From assembly GCF_964204645.1 (NCBI RefSeq), contig NC_134029.1, forward strand, positions 4,154,001-4,218,000: DNA of 64,000 nucleotides. The letters are read 5' to 3'. Below the pieces are notes generated by a model, which searched no databases, was not told where the DNA came from, and worked only from the letters and a program-made list of their open reading frames with translations. This document shows positions 1 through 15,100 of the stretch, piece after piece; positions within the stretch are counted from its first letter, which is position 1, and the number at the start of each line of letters is the position of its first letter. The translations under genes and the position numbers were made by a program. This stretch comes from Tubulanus polymorphus. Taxonomy: Eukaryota > Animalia > Nemertea.

Positions 1-383
1 TAAAGATTTTTTTCCATTTTCATTGATTATCCGTTGATATTGAAGTTTTTTTCACCGCTTAATGAATAAATGCCTCATCAGTTTCCCTTTCGGACATTTC
101 CATTTTAAGTTTACTATGAAGTGTTTTAAATGTTGTTTCCATTTGGTTTTATAATATTCCTCCCTCAAGACTCGGCCATGACACGAAACCCAGCCAGATT
201 TGCCCGTGAGTTCACAGTGAGTGTGCGGCTGATCAGGCTGCTTTTCATGCCATATCAGAGTTCTTTGTGATGCTGTAAAATTCAAATTCCTGCCAAGGGA
301 GTATGCATTACAATGGGTTCGATTTTAAACTTATTTCGGATATATTTCTCTGATGGGTATAATGCTAATGTATTCTGTTTTAG

Positions 384-3745
<3,362 letters not shown>

Positions 3746-4771
3746 AACGGGGCGTTGCGTGATATTCTTCTCATCGTCGCTCGGCTGTTAACATCGGACA
3801 ATCCTCTGAAGTTTACGTTTATGTGATATATACCGGTATATGATACTTTTACGTGTGATATGAAAATTAAAATCCGTCCAAACAATATATAATTAATGTA
3901 CTCATCCGTGGAGGTTATGTGCGTTATGACTGAACCATTTTAGGTTGCATTTATCATATACATAACATATCCCCATTAATCGCTCGATGATATTTTATAC
4001 GGTGAAATTTTTAGAGCGTTTTCGAATTCGTTTCGTGTTTATATTTGTACGTATTTTTACGCGTTTGCGCACGCACGCATCACACCGCCAATATTGATAA
4101 AACCTGGCACCGAACATTGTCAAAAAACCGTTGATGGTGTCATAGTCTTTCTTATCGGCATGCAAGAGTGAAATGATGGACCTGCTATCAGTGTTCTCCA
4201 TATGCTGGAATTCTAAAGAAACATTCGTCACATGTTCATCGTTAAGTATATGACATTGTGGCTGCTGAAATAGCGAGGCTTTTGATTCCCCCAAAAAATT
4301 GCAGAAGATAGAGCTAAATTTTGGCATTATCTTCTATTTTTCACGTTAGCTCAATATATTTTAAAACCACTATCGGCATTGATCGAAAAATAATATTGAT
4401 ATCCACTCTTAGGGACATCAGATATTTTTTAAGGGGTGGCCATTTTTCAGAGGGATGAACGTTACAACTTGTGTGGAGAACACTGGCTATTTAGTTACAA
4501 ATGGCTTTTAATTTTGTTTTGTAAACTGTGGTACTTTCAAGTACCTGATTTGCTAGTCGTTTGAATTCTTGTTGAAGTTTGTAAATTTGAAGTGAATTGA
4601 CGTGTCTAGTGTATATCTGTATGTGGCACTATTTTTTGTTTCGATTGTAGTGTTTTTATATGAAATAATATATATATTCTGATATTTACAAACGACGTTA
4701 TGGATCAATAAAAGAAATATTTGAAACATTCTGTCGTAGATATTTAATATCGTGTCAAAAGAATCCTGTAA

Positions 4772-4944
4772 CAGGGTGGTCATTGACCTGGAATATTTGG
4801 GGAATCAGAAAAATCACGGAAGACTTGGGGAATTATACCAAAAATCTGGGAATTCGGATAATGCTATTGACCACGTATTTTTGAATTATTGTGGAAACCT
4901 GGAAATTTATCTGGCAATTTGTAAATGGGTGGAAAGTGGCCCTG
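4772..4944. mobile_element. Degenerate copy of the CAGGGTGGCCAC MITE family
   Basis: CAGGGTGGTCA...GGAATCAG...AAAGTGGCCCTG; internal GGAAAT/CAGGGAA-type motifs resemble 3176-3438. Confidence 0.5.
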
Positions 4945-5748
4945 TTTATGAAATCAGTCTGTCACAGACCATTACAACTATAATTCCACCAAAACGCAAT
5001 AATTTGTCTTCAGTTTTGAGCATAGTTTATTCGTAATAGAAATCTAAAAAGCTTACAAATCAAATGCCATTATACCAGTACAATCTAGATTAATGAAAAA
5101 TATCTGTATAAATCGCACCAACTCTTGGTGCACCTAAACTCGATAATACGTAAATACAATAACATACGTGTCAGAGATAAAGCGCCATCCTCTTTAACGC
5201 CACTGCTCACCTGATGTCTACAAATTTGCTCACTTTTACTCAAATTCAATACTTTATGACGGCAAATTCGTTAAAGCCATGTTTTTCATCGGTCCCAACA
5301 GTAGCATTATAAAAGACTTTTACTGTATTTGCGCATACTCTGCTTGGATAAAGCTAAGACCCTGGTTCTGTTGCCTTAAAGTGGAATGTTTTAGAATGAG
5401 AAACATTCTTTAAGTAAATTGTAATTGTATGACTTTGATATTCAAACGTATGACTCTTGAGTACAAAGGGTAAAATACTTTGATAAAAATATTTATGATT
5501 ATTCGATCATTGATTACAACGAATATGATTCTCCACAGAATTACTGGACTCCACCAAATTTAATTAAAAACAAAAAACTAAGATTTTTAAATGACTTTGT
5601 AACACACAAAAAAAAACATTGAATTATTCAGCGCCAAGTTGTTCAGTCATGATACTGAGACAATTCAAAATGGACTTGGAATAGTCTTTAATCATTGACT
5701 GCTCAACTGCCCATTCACACGCTCCATTTCGAGACAGAATTCATGAAC

Positions 5749-7554
5749 TCAGGACGATGGTAATTGCTGCAACTTTTTGTCATTATCATCTTCAACGATA
5801 AGTTTATTATGGACGTGCATGAGACCTTTGAAATATTTGACGGTCCTCACTCGAAGTTCGTTCGTCGCGTCTTCGTCACAGATGAACATCGTATTCGGAT
5901 GCAACTGAAACGCTGAGACGGTCCACATATGATTTACACCCTCCTCAATCGCTTTGTGCAATGCAAACGATTTATGCGCACCAGTTATTAGAATCACAAC
6001 CTGTAATTACAATAAAAATGAAATAAACAATTTATTTTCCATGCAGTGATCGAATTTCGGAGTTCAAGATTCCGGGTGGTCACTCCCATGGAAATCAGGG
6101 GATTTTGTAAAAAAGTTTAAAATCAGGGAAAAGTTTGGGGAATTTGTTGAGATTGCTAGAATGCACATAAAATCAAACCATTTCCATCTTTGTTTTACAT
6201 GTTTGATTGAATTTTTAACACCTCAAGCTAGGGGAAAAGCAGTCGAATAAAAATAGCCACCCTGAAATTCTAAATATAAATGACTAAGTGCCTAAGTATC
6301 TTAAGATCCAAAATGGCTGCTAAATAAGAAATAGTGTATTTGAAGAATGATAGGCGGCTGAGAAATATCAATAATTGGAACTAATCTTTTTTCTGGATTA
6401 CCGACCTCTTTAGAATCCATGACGGTTCCTACACCAACTGTTAAAGCATTCGTCGGTACTTTAGAGATATCACCCCCGAAGAATCTTGCGTTAGCTTCAA
6501 TAGTTTCCTGCGCGAGGGTTTTAACTCTGGTTCTAGATGCGAGACTTGATCCGGGTTCATTGAATGCTATATGACCATCTGGACCAATTCCTATCGTACA
6601 AAACAAAGGCTTATATGAAATATACGAAATTGAAAATGGAAACTTAACGATAAATGTTTTGGCTTCTCTCTCCAACCCGTACCTCCAACAAACAGTTCTA
6701 TACCACCGGCATCTTTGATTTTCTGTTCGAAACTGTTGCATTCAGCGACTAAATCTTGGGCATTACCGTCCAATATGTGAGCATTTTCTGGTTTGATGTC
6801 GATGTGTTTGAACAAATTCTCCCACATGAATGTATGATAACTCTCTGGGTGACTGATCGGCAAACCTGAAAAAAATTTAATAATGAGCCAGTTAATGAAT
6901 TCTTTTTTGATTATATAACTTCTATAAAATCATTATGCTATTATTCTCTCAGCTATCATACCGACATATTCATCCATGTTAAACGTTTTCACATATTTGA
7001 ATGATATTTCTCCTTTTTGATAGAATTCGATCAGTTTCTTATACGTGCCGACTGGTGTACCACCTGAATCAGAATCATATATACCGCATTTAATTCTTCC
7101 TAGTTCCTCACAGACACTAATCTAGTTTCTAGCCATAGTTCACGCAACAAGGAGTAGCCGTTAGTCTAGTATCTCTAGCTGTTGTTCCCAGGGGATCCCA
7201 TGGATCGTCTGTTTTTCAGATTAGTTAGCCATATGATTGTTTACTATTGTACTATAGGCTACAGTAATGAATCAGTTAGAAAACACAATATCCGAGATGA
7301 AACAAGATAAAAATCCCACAATTTTTCAAAGACTGAAAAGTTTATCAGCTGAAATTTTAAAAAGGGCCCTTCTTTTCACCTGAGGCTCAATATAGGGGAA
7401 AAAGCTTCTTTTTGCGAATATACAACTAACCTGTGGGTAATCCCAAGGTGAAATACTTGTCTGGTCCGGGGTTGAATTTCCGGATTCTCTTCTTGATGTA
7501 CTTGGCCGCCCAATCGCTGACCTGGTTGTAATTATCTAGGATTACGAGTCTCAT
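5749..7554 (-). CDS. GNPDA: Glucosamine-6-phosphate deaminase/isomerase (GNPDA1/2 orthologue)
   Basis: Exons 7554-7431, 7063-6962, 6865-6683, 6590-6406, 6000-5749. Peptides: [92 protein letters not shown]. Confidence 0.96.
6072..6264. mobile_element. Copy of the CAGGGTGGCCAC MITE family in a GNPDA intron
   Basis: CCGGGTGGTCACT...GGAAATCAGGG...AAAATAGCCACCCTG; body similar to 3176-3438; flanks AGATT/AAATT (near-identical 5-mers). Confidence 0.7.
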
Positions 7555-8271
7555 CTTCCTGCTGTTTTCACAAATAGCCTAATAGCCAGCCTACGTTTAC
7601 AAGCCTTTAATGTATAAATAACTAATTTGATGATTTATCGCATCAGATGACTTGAGCCTAAATTTAGTCACTCCTCAGACTGAGGACAGTCTCAAAGACA
7701 AATCAAAAAATCACTTCATACATTCAAACACCAGCAGATCGATCATCCTGACCTTTCCTCTATCGCCCCTTCTCATATTCCTCACATTGTCTTAAAATGT
7801 AGTGATTGAATTTTACCTGATATTTTTACAGATCGACGGAAATTCAGGGCTGTTCGTGTTCCGAGTCAGCTGATTTTTGATAATATAATAACCGGAAGTG
7901 ATTAACTTCCTTGTTATTGGGTATTGACAATTTATGAAGCGCCTAGGGGTGTTGACAATTTACGATATATTTTGCCCGCTACCTACATTTCCGCCGGACG
8001 AACGCACACTGCACGCGCGCTCGCGGAAATAGAAACGACTGTTGGACCAAACCTGCGAAGAGCCCCGCCAAGTTATAAAAATTATGAAATTCCGAAAATT
8101 TTCGAATAAACCAAAAAAACTAGAATTTTCTCGAATGCTCGGCCAGGAAAGGTTCAAGATAAAAGGCCATTTTATTAATTCCAAGAAATTCGGTCATCAT
8201 TAAATAATTATCTCAACATCAATCTTCGATCGAGGGACGTGTTCCTCTAAATATGCCAAGTTTCAATTTTC

Positions 8272-9446
8272 TTAAGAGGAATCGTACTTTTGAGTGAAGT
8301 TCTCTGGGAACCAGAAACCTATTTCTGCTACAGCAGTTTCATGACGATGACTTCCATGAATTAAGTTTCTGCAAAGAAATTAATATTTTACCCTTTGTTA
8401 AAAAATTAAATCGTTGGTGGTACGCTTATTATAATCGGATGGGCTTATACCAACTTATGGGCTTATGCGGTTAGTGAAAATCCGATCGTGAAACTACAGT
8501 AAACCACGACTATGGCTTAAAATAGGCATCGAAAGATTTAGTCCAAGGCAAGGGTTGGGGTTTATAGAATTTTGGAGTTCGGTCTTATGACAATGCCGTA
8601 TATTTACAAAATGATTTAGATTTTTCGAAGAATCTTTTTTTGGGCTTTGTCAATTTCTTCTGAAGAACCTCTTGCGAATCATACTTTTCTGGTTTCAGAG
8701 CTAAATCGCCGCGAATGGTTCCTGGACCAGACTGATTTGGATCTGTTTCACCAATCATCAAGCGGCCACTTCTGATCACACCGGCACCTTCCCAGACCTA
8801 AAGAAACAAATGGACCGTGTCAAAGAGTTTCCCAGAGAAAATTTATAACTGCAGTGGTTTGCTCGAGACGACATACCATAGGGACAACTGGACCAGACAT
8901 CATATACTTCAACATTTCAGGGAAATATTCCTTATCAATGTGTTCAATATAATGCTTTCTCAGTAGTGATTCTCTTGCCTTAAAAAGAGCCGAGATAGGA
9001 TCAGTGGAACCTCGTTATAACGACCTCGGATGTAACAATTCATCGGTTAATGTATTCATCTAAAACAATATTATAATTTCGGATAACGAAATATTGGTTA
9101 TTTCGAACCTATTTCCAGGACCTTACCCTGACGTTCGTATGAGGAGGAATTTCCCGATTACGTAGTTTCCTATGAATGCCTCAACTCATGGTTCATTAGG
9201 TTTTTTTAAAAATTCGAAACACCGGTGCGGGTTAAGTGTAGAAAAGAAATAGATTACCTGCGTCAACTTAAGTGCGACAAGTTTATAGCCTCTGTTTTCA
9301 AATCGTTTTATAATTTCACCGACTAAGCCACGCTTTACCGAGTCAGGCTTCATCAGGATAAGGGTACGTTCAATAGAGGGATTCGATTTAGGATCAAACG
9401 ATACATTATCAATATTTATGCAACATTCATTCGATAACTGCTCCAT
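8272..9446 (-). CDS. Divergent group-I nucleoside diphosphate kinase (tandem paralogue)
   Basis: Exons 9446-9258, 8978-8877, 8797-8685, 8368-8272 (TAA). Peptides: [60 protein letters not shown]. Intron positions are the same as in the neighbouring NDK. The start codon is inferred. Confidence 0.85.
9002..9150. mobile_element. Tc1/mariner-pogo-like MITE fragment (CAGTGGAACCTCGTTATAACG end)
   Basis: Same terminal sequence as 35615-35775 and ~44960. Confidence 0.55.
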
Positions 9447-10334
9447 ATCAAAAATCCAGACAAGTTCAGTTTGGGTTCGTTTCAACGATTGCTGGCGCAG
9501 CTCAGTCAATAATATGATTACGAATCAACCATCTGTGTAACTTATTACTTCGTATAGATGAAAATATGCAACATGTGTTAAAAAATCAATGTCTAATTTC
9601 TGTCAACCTCACTACATGAAGCCTATGACGTCCGCTTGTCTCAGCTTCATAGACTTTTCCATAGTTACCAGGGTAATACTATTGTATCTGTGCTGATCGA
9701 GAGGAACTATAGATAATCATCAACGGATGAATAAATCGATATTCATAGGGCTGTTAATTATATAATATAACATATTATCTGAAACGGGAGACTCAATCAA
9801 TACATCCAATTTCCTGCGAGTAATCATGGCATGTATAGGCCTATATACTGCATACCTGGTAGTCCTAGATATTTTCCTTCCAAAGATCTACAACGTATAC
9901 CAATCATAGCATTTGGGAGACTATGTTTCACTCGAATCCAGAGCCCATTGATGATATTGAATTCTACTCGAAATTCTTTGCTTTATTGATTCAGTCCCTT
10001 TTTTTCCAGATAGTGAATATCGAACAAGGCCCACTTTCACAAGAGTTAGTTACTTTTCAAAGGACCACAATTAAGACATTTAATCATTTCAACTTGGTTC
10101 ATGAACCTGCACCCAGACGACCAGAAATCCTACTGCCAACAGCTTTTAAAATCCTGAATCAAACCATGGACTCTTAAACGAACAGAGAATATGATAACCA
10201 TTCATAATTTGTTTTCAGATCCCATTTATTATTGATCAAAATTACTTAACAATTGAGCACATGATTTTTGCACATTCGAAGTAGGTGAACACATCTAAAT
10301 ATTTGTTGACCAAAATCTAAATTAATCTAATCAT

Positions 10335-11488
10335 TTATTCATATAGCCAACTGTGAAGGGCTGCGTCGTGTGAAACGAGTTCCTTGTCTGTGAACCAAAG
10401 GCCCATTTCAGTTTTAGCGGTCTCAACAGCATCACTACCGTGGATGACATTTCTGAAAAGATAACACGAAAATATAATGTTTTTCCCTCGTTCACCAAGT
10501 TCTGAGACCAGAAAACACATTACAGAAGAAGCCTCTTAATTCAGATCATTTCAGACCAATTAATCCTGATAAAACATTACATACATCATGCAAATGCATA
10601 ATGTATAAGCCGCCCATCACAGACAAAGGGTGCAAATAGTATCCAGATTAGATGATAATCCGGATTAAGCTGACAATCTGGAACCAGTTTGACTATACAT
10701 GTTATCAACCATCAAAAAATAATCTGCTTACCTTCCCATGTCGAGGGCTAAATCACCACGAATGGTTCCAGGGGCTGAGTCTTTAGGGTTTGTTGCTCCC
10801 ATCATCTTACGCGCAGATATCACTACGTCTACTCCTTCCCAAACCTGAATTCAAACCAAAAAGTTGTTTGCTTTAATAGAATACTGGCAATCTTTAAAAC
10901 ATTTAGTAGTCCTTTCAGAGACAATTTACTTTTTAGAATCCCAACAATAAATGTACTTACCATCGGTACAACTGGACCAGATAGCATGTATGCCAGCAAC
11001 CGTTTGAAGAAACTTTTTTCAACATGTTCTGCGTAATGCTTTCTAAGAAGATCTTCATTGGCCTAAATAATGAAATAGATACATAATGATAAAAATAACG
11101 GACATGTCACATGTATTTATGTAATTGAAACTTTTTTTAAGAAAAGACAAACTTGGACTTCTTAACATATTCAAAAAGACAAAATTCATTCGAATATTTC
11201 AATTTAAAATCCACAAGATTGAATCGCTAAAAATGATGATTTTTCAACAACTACACCAAATAAATTGTTCTAATTTCAAAAAGCATTCGTTCGGGGCCGG
11301 GGGATCCTTGACCTTACCTTCATGAATTTCATTGCGACGAGTTTGTAGCCTTTCTTCTCGAATCTGGTGATGATTTCACCGACGAGTCCACGCTGGACAC
11401 CGTCTGGTTTCACCATGATGAATGTGCGTTCTTCGTTCGACATGTTACTGGAAAATGCTGCAAATATTGAGAGCAATGTGGCTACCAT
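10335..11488 (-). CDS. NME: Canonical group-I nucleoside diphosphate kinase (NME1/2/3, awd-like)
   Basis: Exons 11488(or 11443)-11318, 11062-10961, 10844-10732, 10452-10335. Peptides: [75 protein letters not shown]-terminal WLYE. Confidence 0.96.
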
Positions 11489-11495
11489 GCAGAGC

Positions 11496-11527
11496 TTTTA
11501 TACTCGTGGAGAAAAAGGAAGAGAAGG
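11496..11527 (-). promoter_or_regulatory. NDK core promoter: polypyrimidine (TCT-like) tract followed by TATAAAA
   Basis: Minus strand reads CCTTCTCTTCCTTTTTCTCC (11527-11508), then TATAAAA (11502-11496), 7 nt before the first ATG. Confidence 0.4.
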
Positions 11528-12110
11528 CCGGGTGGTGGGGATTCGATCACATGCACCACTGCCCCAATCAAATTCAATTTAATTGACACATCTTTTACAA
11601 TCACCGAATAGAATCTAAATGGGACTAAATAAATTATTCCAAAGAATCTGGAAAATATCAAAACACAATTGAAAAATAGATAAAATTAAAAACAAAGAGT
11701 TTCTTTGTCCCAGTCGTAAATAAAATTTGGGGATTCGAACCCTCCTCGTAAATCTGAAGCCACCACGTGGAAGCTTCCACCCACTGATATGAGGGCAGTG
11801 CAAGACCAAACAATTCGTGCTTCTAAAAAACAATTCGAAAATTATATATAGAAAAAATATTTTCCGAAGATTCGAGATAAAGAAAGACAAATTGGTCAAT
11901 ATAGCTTGGGATTTTTACGTCACCACGCTAGCCTTGGTTAATTGTCTGTCAATCAAAGTAGTGTAATCAATTATTGCCAGGTGGCGCTGGCGTATATGTC
12001 ATTGTAAACCTTATTGGACGTTGAGCGCACATTCGACGAGGCGGTAACCTTTTGTTAGGATAATATTTTCAATATAAAAGATGGCGGTATAGATCTCTCC
12101 AAATTCGACG

Positions 12111-12150
12111 ATGTCTTCCCTAGTTGAAACTCCGAATTTCGCTTTTATCA
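12111..12150 (+). CDS. brat: Probable first coding exon of brat (MSSLVETPNFAFI-)
   Basis: ATG at 12111, consensus donor GTAAGT at 12151, phase 1. Joins in frame to the acceptor at 23679 (A|GT = Ser). A YY1-like AAGATGGCGG lies at 12078-12087. Divergent from the NDK promoter. Confidence 0.55.
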
Positions 12151-15100
12151 GTAAGTAATACACCTAAATAATTCGACAAATTTGTTAATCGTATTCTTGT
12201 GATTCTTGATTTGCCGATGTTTTCCGGCGATAATTCTCTGATTTACTGTGAGAAGTGATTTTCTGAACAAAGACCGGCGGCGTTTTTAAACTGCACGCAC
12301 GCCGCGCGGCCGCCATCACTTCTCGGCATACTCAGACTACAGCGAATAGCCCTACCTACAGCCGGCTTGCTGTTTTCTCCTAGACTAAATGACAGATATT
12401 TTGACAACTCTGGCAGCGAGTTTTTGAAATGATATTTTTGATGATGTGTTGTTGATTGAGAAAAATGGTGGCAAATATGCTATATTTCATGTCATTTCGG
12501 TAAAATGCGTCATCTCGGTAATAAGGAGGACCGCATGTATTGCCACTGGATTGAATGTGATAACAAATTATATCTGCTTGCTGAACCATCATCTTTTTAA
12601 CAGCAAATTCATATCCAGGCAGGGTTAATTCTAATGCGGTTTTAGGTTCGGTAGGTCCTCTGTGGATCCGCCTGCAATTTTATTTAAGCTTCCCCTTTTT
12701 CAATAAGTACGTGCATTGCTCCAGGGGCTAAAGGGTTTCGTTCTTTTTGTTTCGTGTGACATTGTTAACAAAACAGTAATTAGTTTTATATTTGTATTAC
12801 ATTGAGTGTATTTGCAAATAAAAACACAAGCAGTTGACTGGAATACTTGTATTAACCGACTTGTTTGCTTGGAGGTGACTGGGTATTTAGTAGTAAACAA
12901 AGCCGCACCTGTCTAGGTTGTCATATATATTTGCATTGTTGTTTGCTTGGTGTAACTAAAATGTAAATACTTTCAATTGTTTCAAGCTTTATAATTACCA
13001 TCCTGGTCTAGGAGAAAAAATTGATTAAAAGATTTCAGGGTTTAATGACCGCCGTCCTAGAGATGAATGAGCCTTTTTGATTTTAAGATTTCAGTTTTAG
13101 TGATCATAATTCTGGATAGAAAAAAAGGATTTTTAAATTTTGGGTTATGTGATACAGATTAATAGCAGTAAACCTTTACGTAACGCATTATTATCTATCT
13201 GCTAAGAAGCACTTATAGTGCTTAACATTAAAAGCCTCCGGGGGGGGGGGAACGTGGGGGTTTTAGAAGTGCTTCCTGGATGTCCCCAAAGTTGTTGTGA
13301 AAACTGGTTGCTCAGTGTGGGGCTATTTGTGCAGATTTTTAAGGTTGTATCAGAGAAATGAGTATTTTAGATCGTTGTCTATTTCTTGAAATTCGGCTTA
13401 GTGATATCACCGGCCTCGAAAATGATTCACAATCCACAAGCCTTTTGTGTTGTATAGCGTTGTAAACACATTTCACCTCCCTGGAACAGGGTCGAAGTGG
13501 CTCATAAGTGATCAGGAAAGTCATGGTTTACTCATCCGTAACACCAAAACACTAACGCTTTTCAAGGAACATACATTGACTAGCTGATATTCTAATAATG
13601 AAATTAACGTTACTTTGGGGTTAGTTACCACTCGGTTATTTATTTACTTTCAATAGGATTATTGTTAATTGTTAGATTTCATTCCGAAACTCTCTGATGT
13701 TCTCAAGCCTTATTTTAAAGCATTTCGACATTAGTTCTTCTATTGCGTAGTGAAAATTCAGCACATGCTGACATAAGCACACACGTGGTATTGGTTTTGT
13801 GTGTCTGCGTGTTGAGTGCGGATGTTGTCGTCCTATTGATTCGTTATCTACCTTTTCAGCTGCGGGAACGTTTACCTAGATGTCATCGTTTGTTGGGAAA
13901 CGTGCTTTCTGAAAAACGGGGACTTCGCTTAAACATTTCTAAGTAAAAAATAACCGGTCCAGATCTGTAGACAAAGGTGATGAGGGGGTCATAAATTTCC
14001 TCCAGGTCGTGTTCTTGAAGAATGACAAGTAGTGTCCCTAAATTCAATTTTGCAGCTAGGATTATGTAAAGAAAGCCTTTATAACAATTTTGGGCCAGAG
14101 CATGATCTAGTTGGCCGTTGTGTTTGACAAGGGTCAATACCTCGATTTCTAAATAAAAGATCTCTAGCGCTCGTTTGGGCCAGACATCGATGACTGACGG
14201 AGATGTTTTTTTTTTCATCGCTGCACATGCCGTGAGTCATCAGCTAGTGCTAGCAATTACAGTATGACAGATGCTGCATGGTTTGTCTGCAGCCCTCTGA
14301 ACTCAAAAATATCTGTAGCGCAGTTGTGTAGTTACTACTCGGAATATTGAACTTCCATGGTCGGGACTTTGAGTTTTGCCTTGAAGGATGTCGATTTAAC
14401 TTGTACAGGTCCATAAGAGATTTTTTTTGGCAATGAACATCAACTCCAGGTCAGTACTGATTCTGTTGATCTCATCATCTCCGCACTTTGATTCTTATGC
14501 AGGGAAAATTTAAGATTTAAAAAATATTTTGCGTAGTTTATATTTTTTGTACTAGTAAGTCGATACGAGTTTCTATTCAAGCGCCAAAAGTCTTAAAAGT
14601 GTTAACTTTCCTCTGCGTTTCCTTGTTGGGAAGAAAACTTTTAAGTGCTTCTTGCTATATTTCAACCGAATGTCTGCACGCACGGAGAGGTTTCCTATTT
14701 TCATTTCGGGCCGTACGGTTTAGATTCTGAAGGTCCGACCCGATCTACGGTTCAATGATTTCAATATGTTTGCTTCGAGAGTTAGATGTAAACAACAGAT
14801 CAAAGTGCTGTTAACCCGATCTTAAAAGTACCTTCTGTGAGTAATCATTTTTCCACAGACTGTTGACGTCGTCGCTGTAGTGCCGCACTGTAACTCGTCC
14901 TCTGCTCTGTTTTCATTGTCAGCAGTTGACAGAAAGTTCATCCGAACACTGTGTTTTCCTGAGACGACAATGAAACCCGTTTCGTACAATGATCACGGTT
15001 GAGTGCTCTCGGGTGAAGTGAGGTTGACATTTAAGTGCACACCAGGCCTGTCTTTCCTGAGAAGTGAGGTTTTGGCTCATCGACTGATAAAGGATGTATT

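Noticed and set aside
10540-10592. C/D-like boxes on the minus strand of an NDK intron (ATGATG...CTGA...CTGA)
   Set aside because: Box spacing is too short, there is no terminal stem and no recognisable rRNA complementarity.
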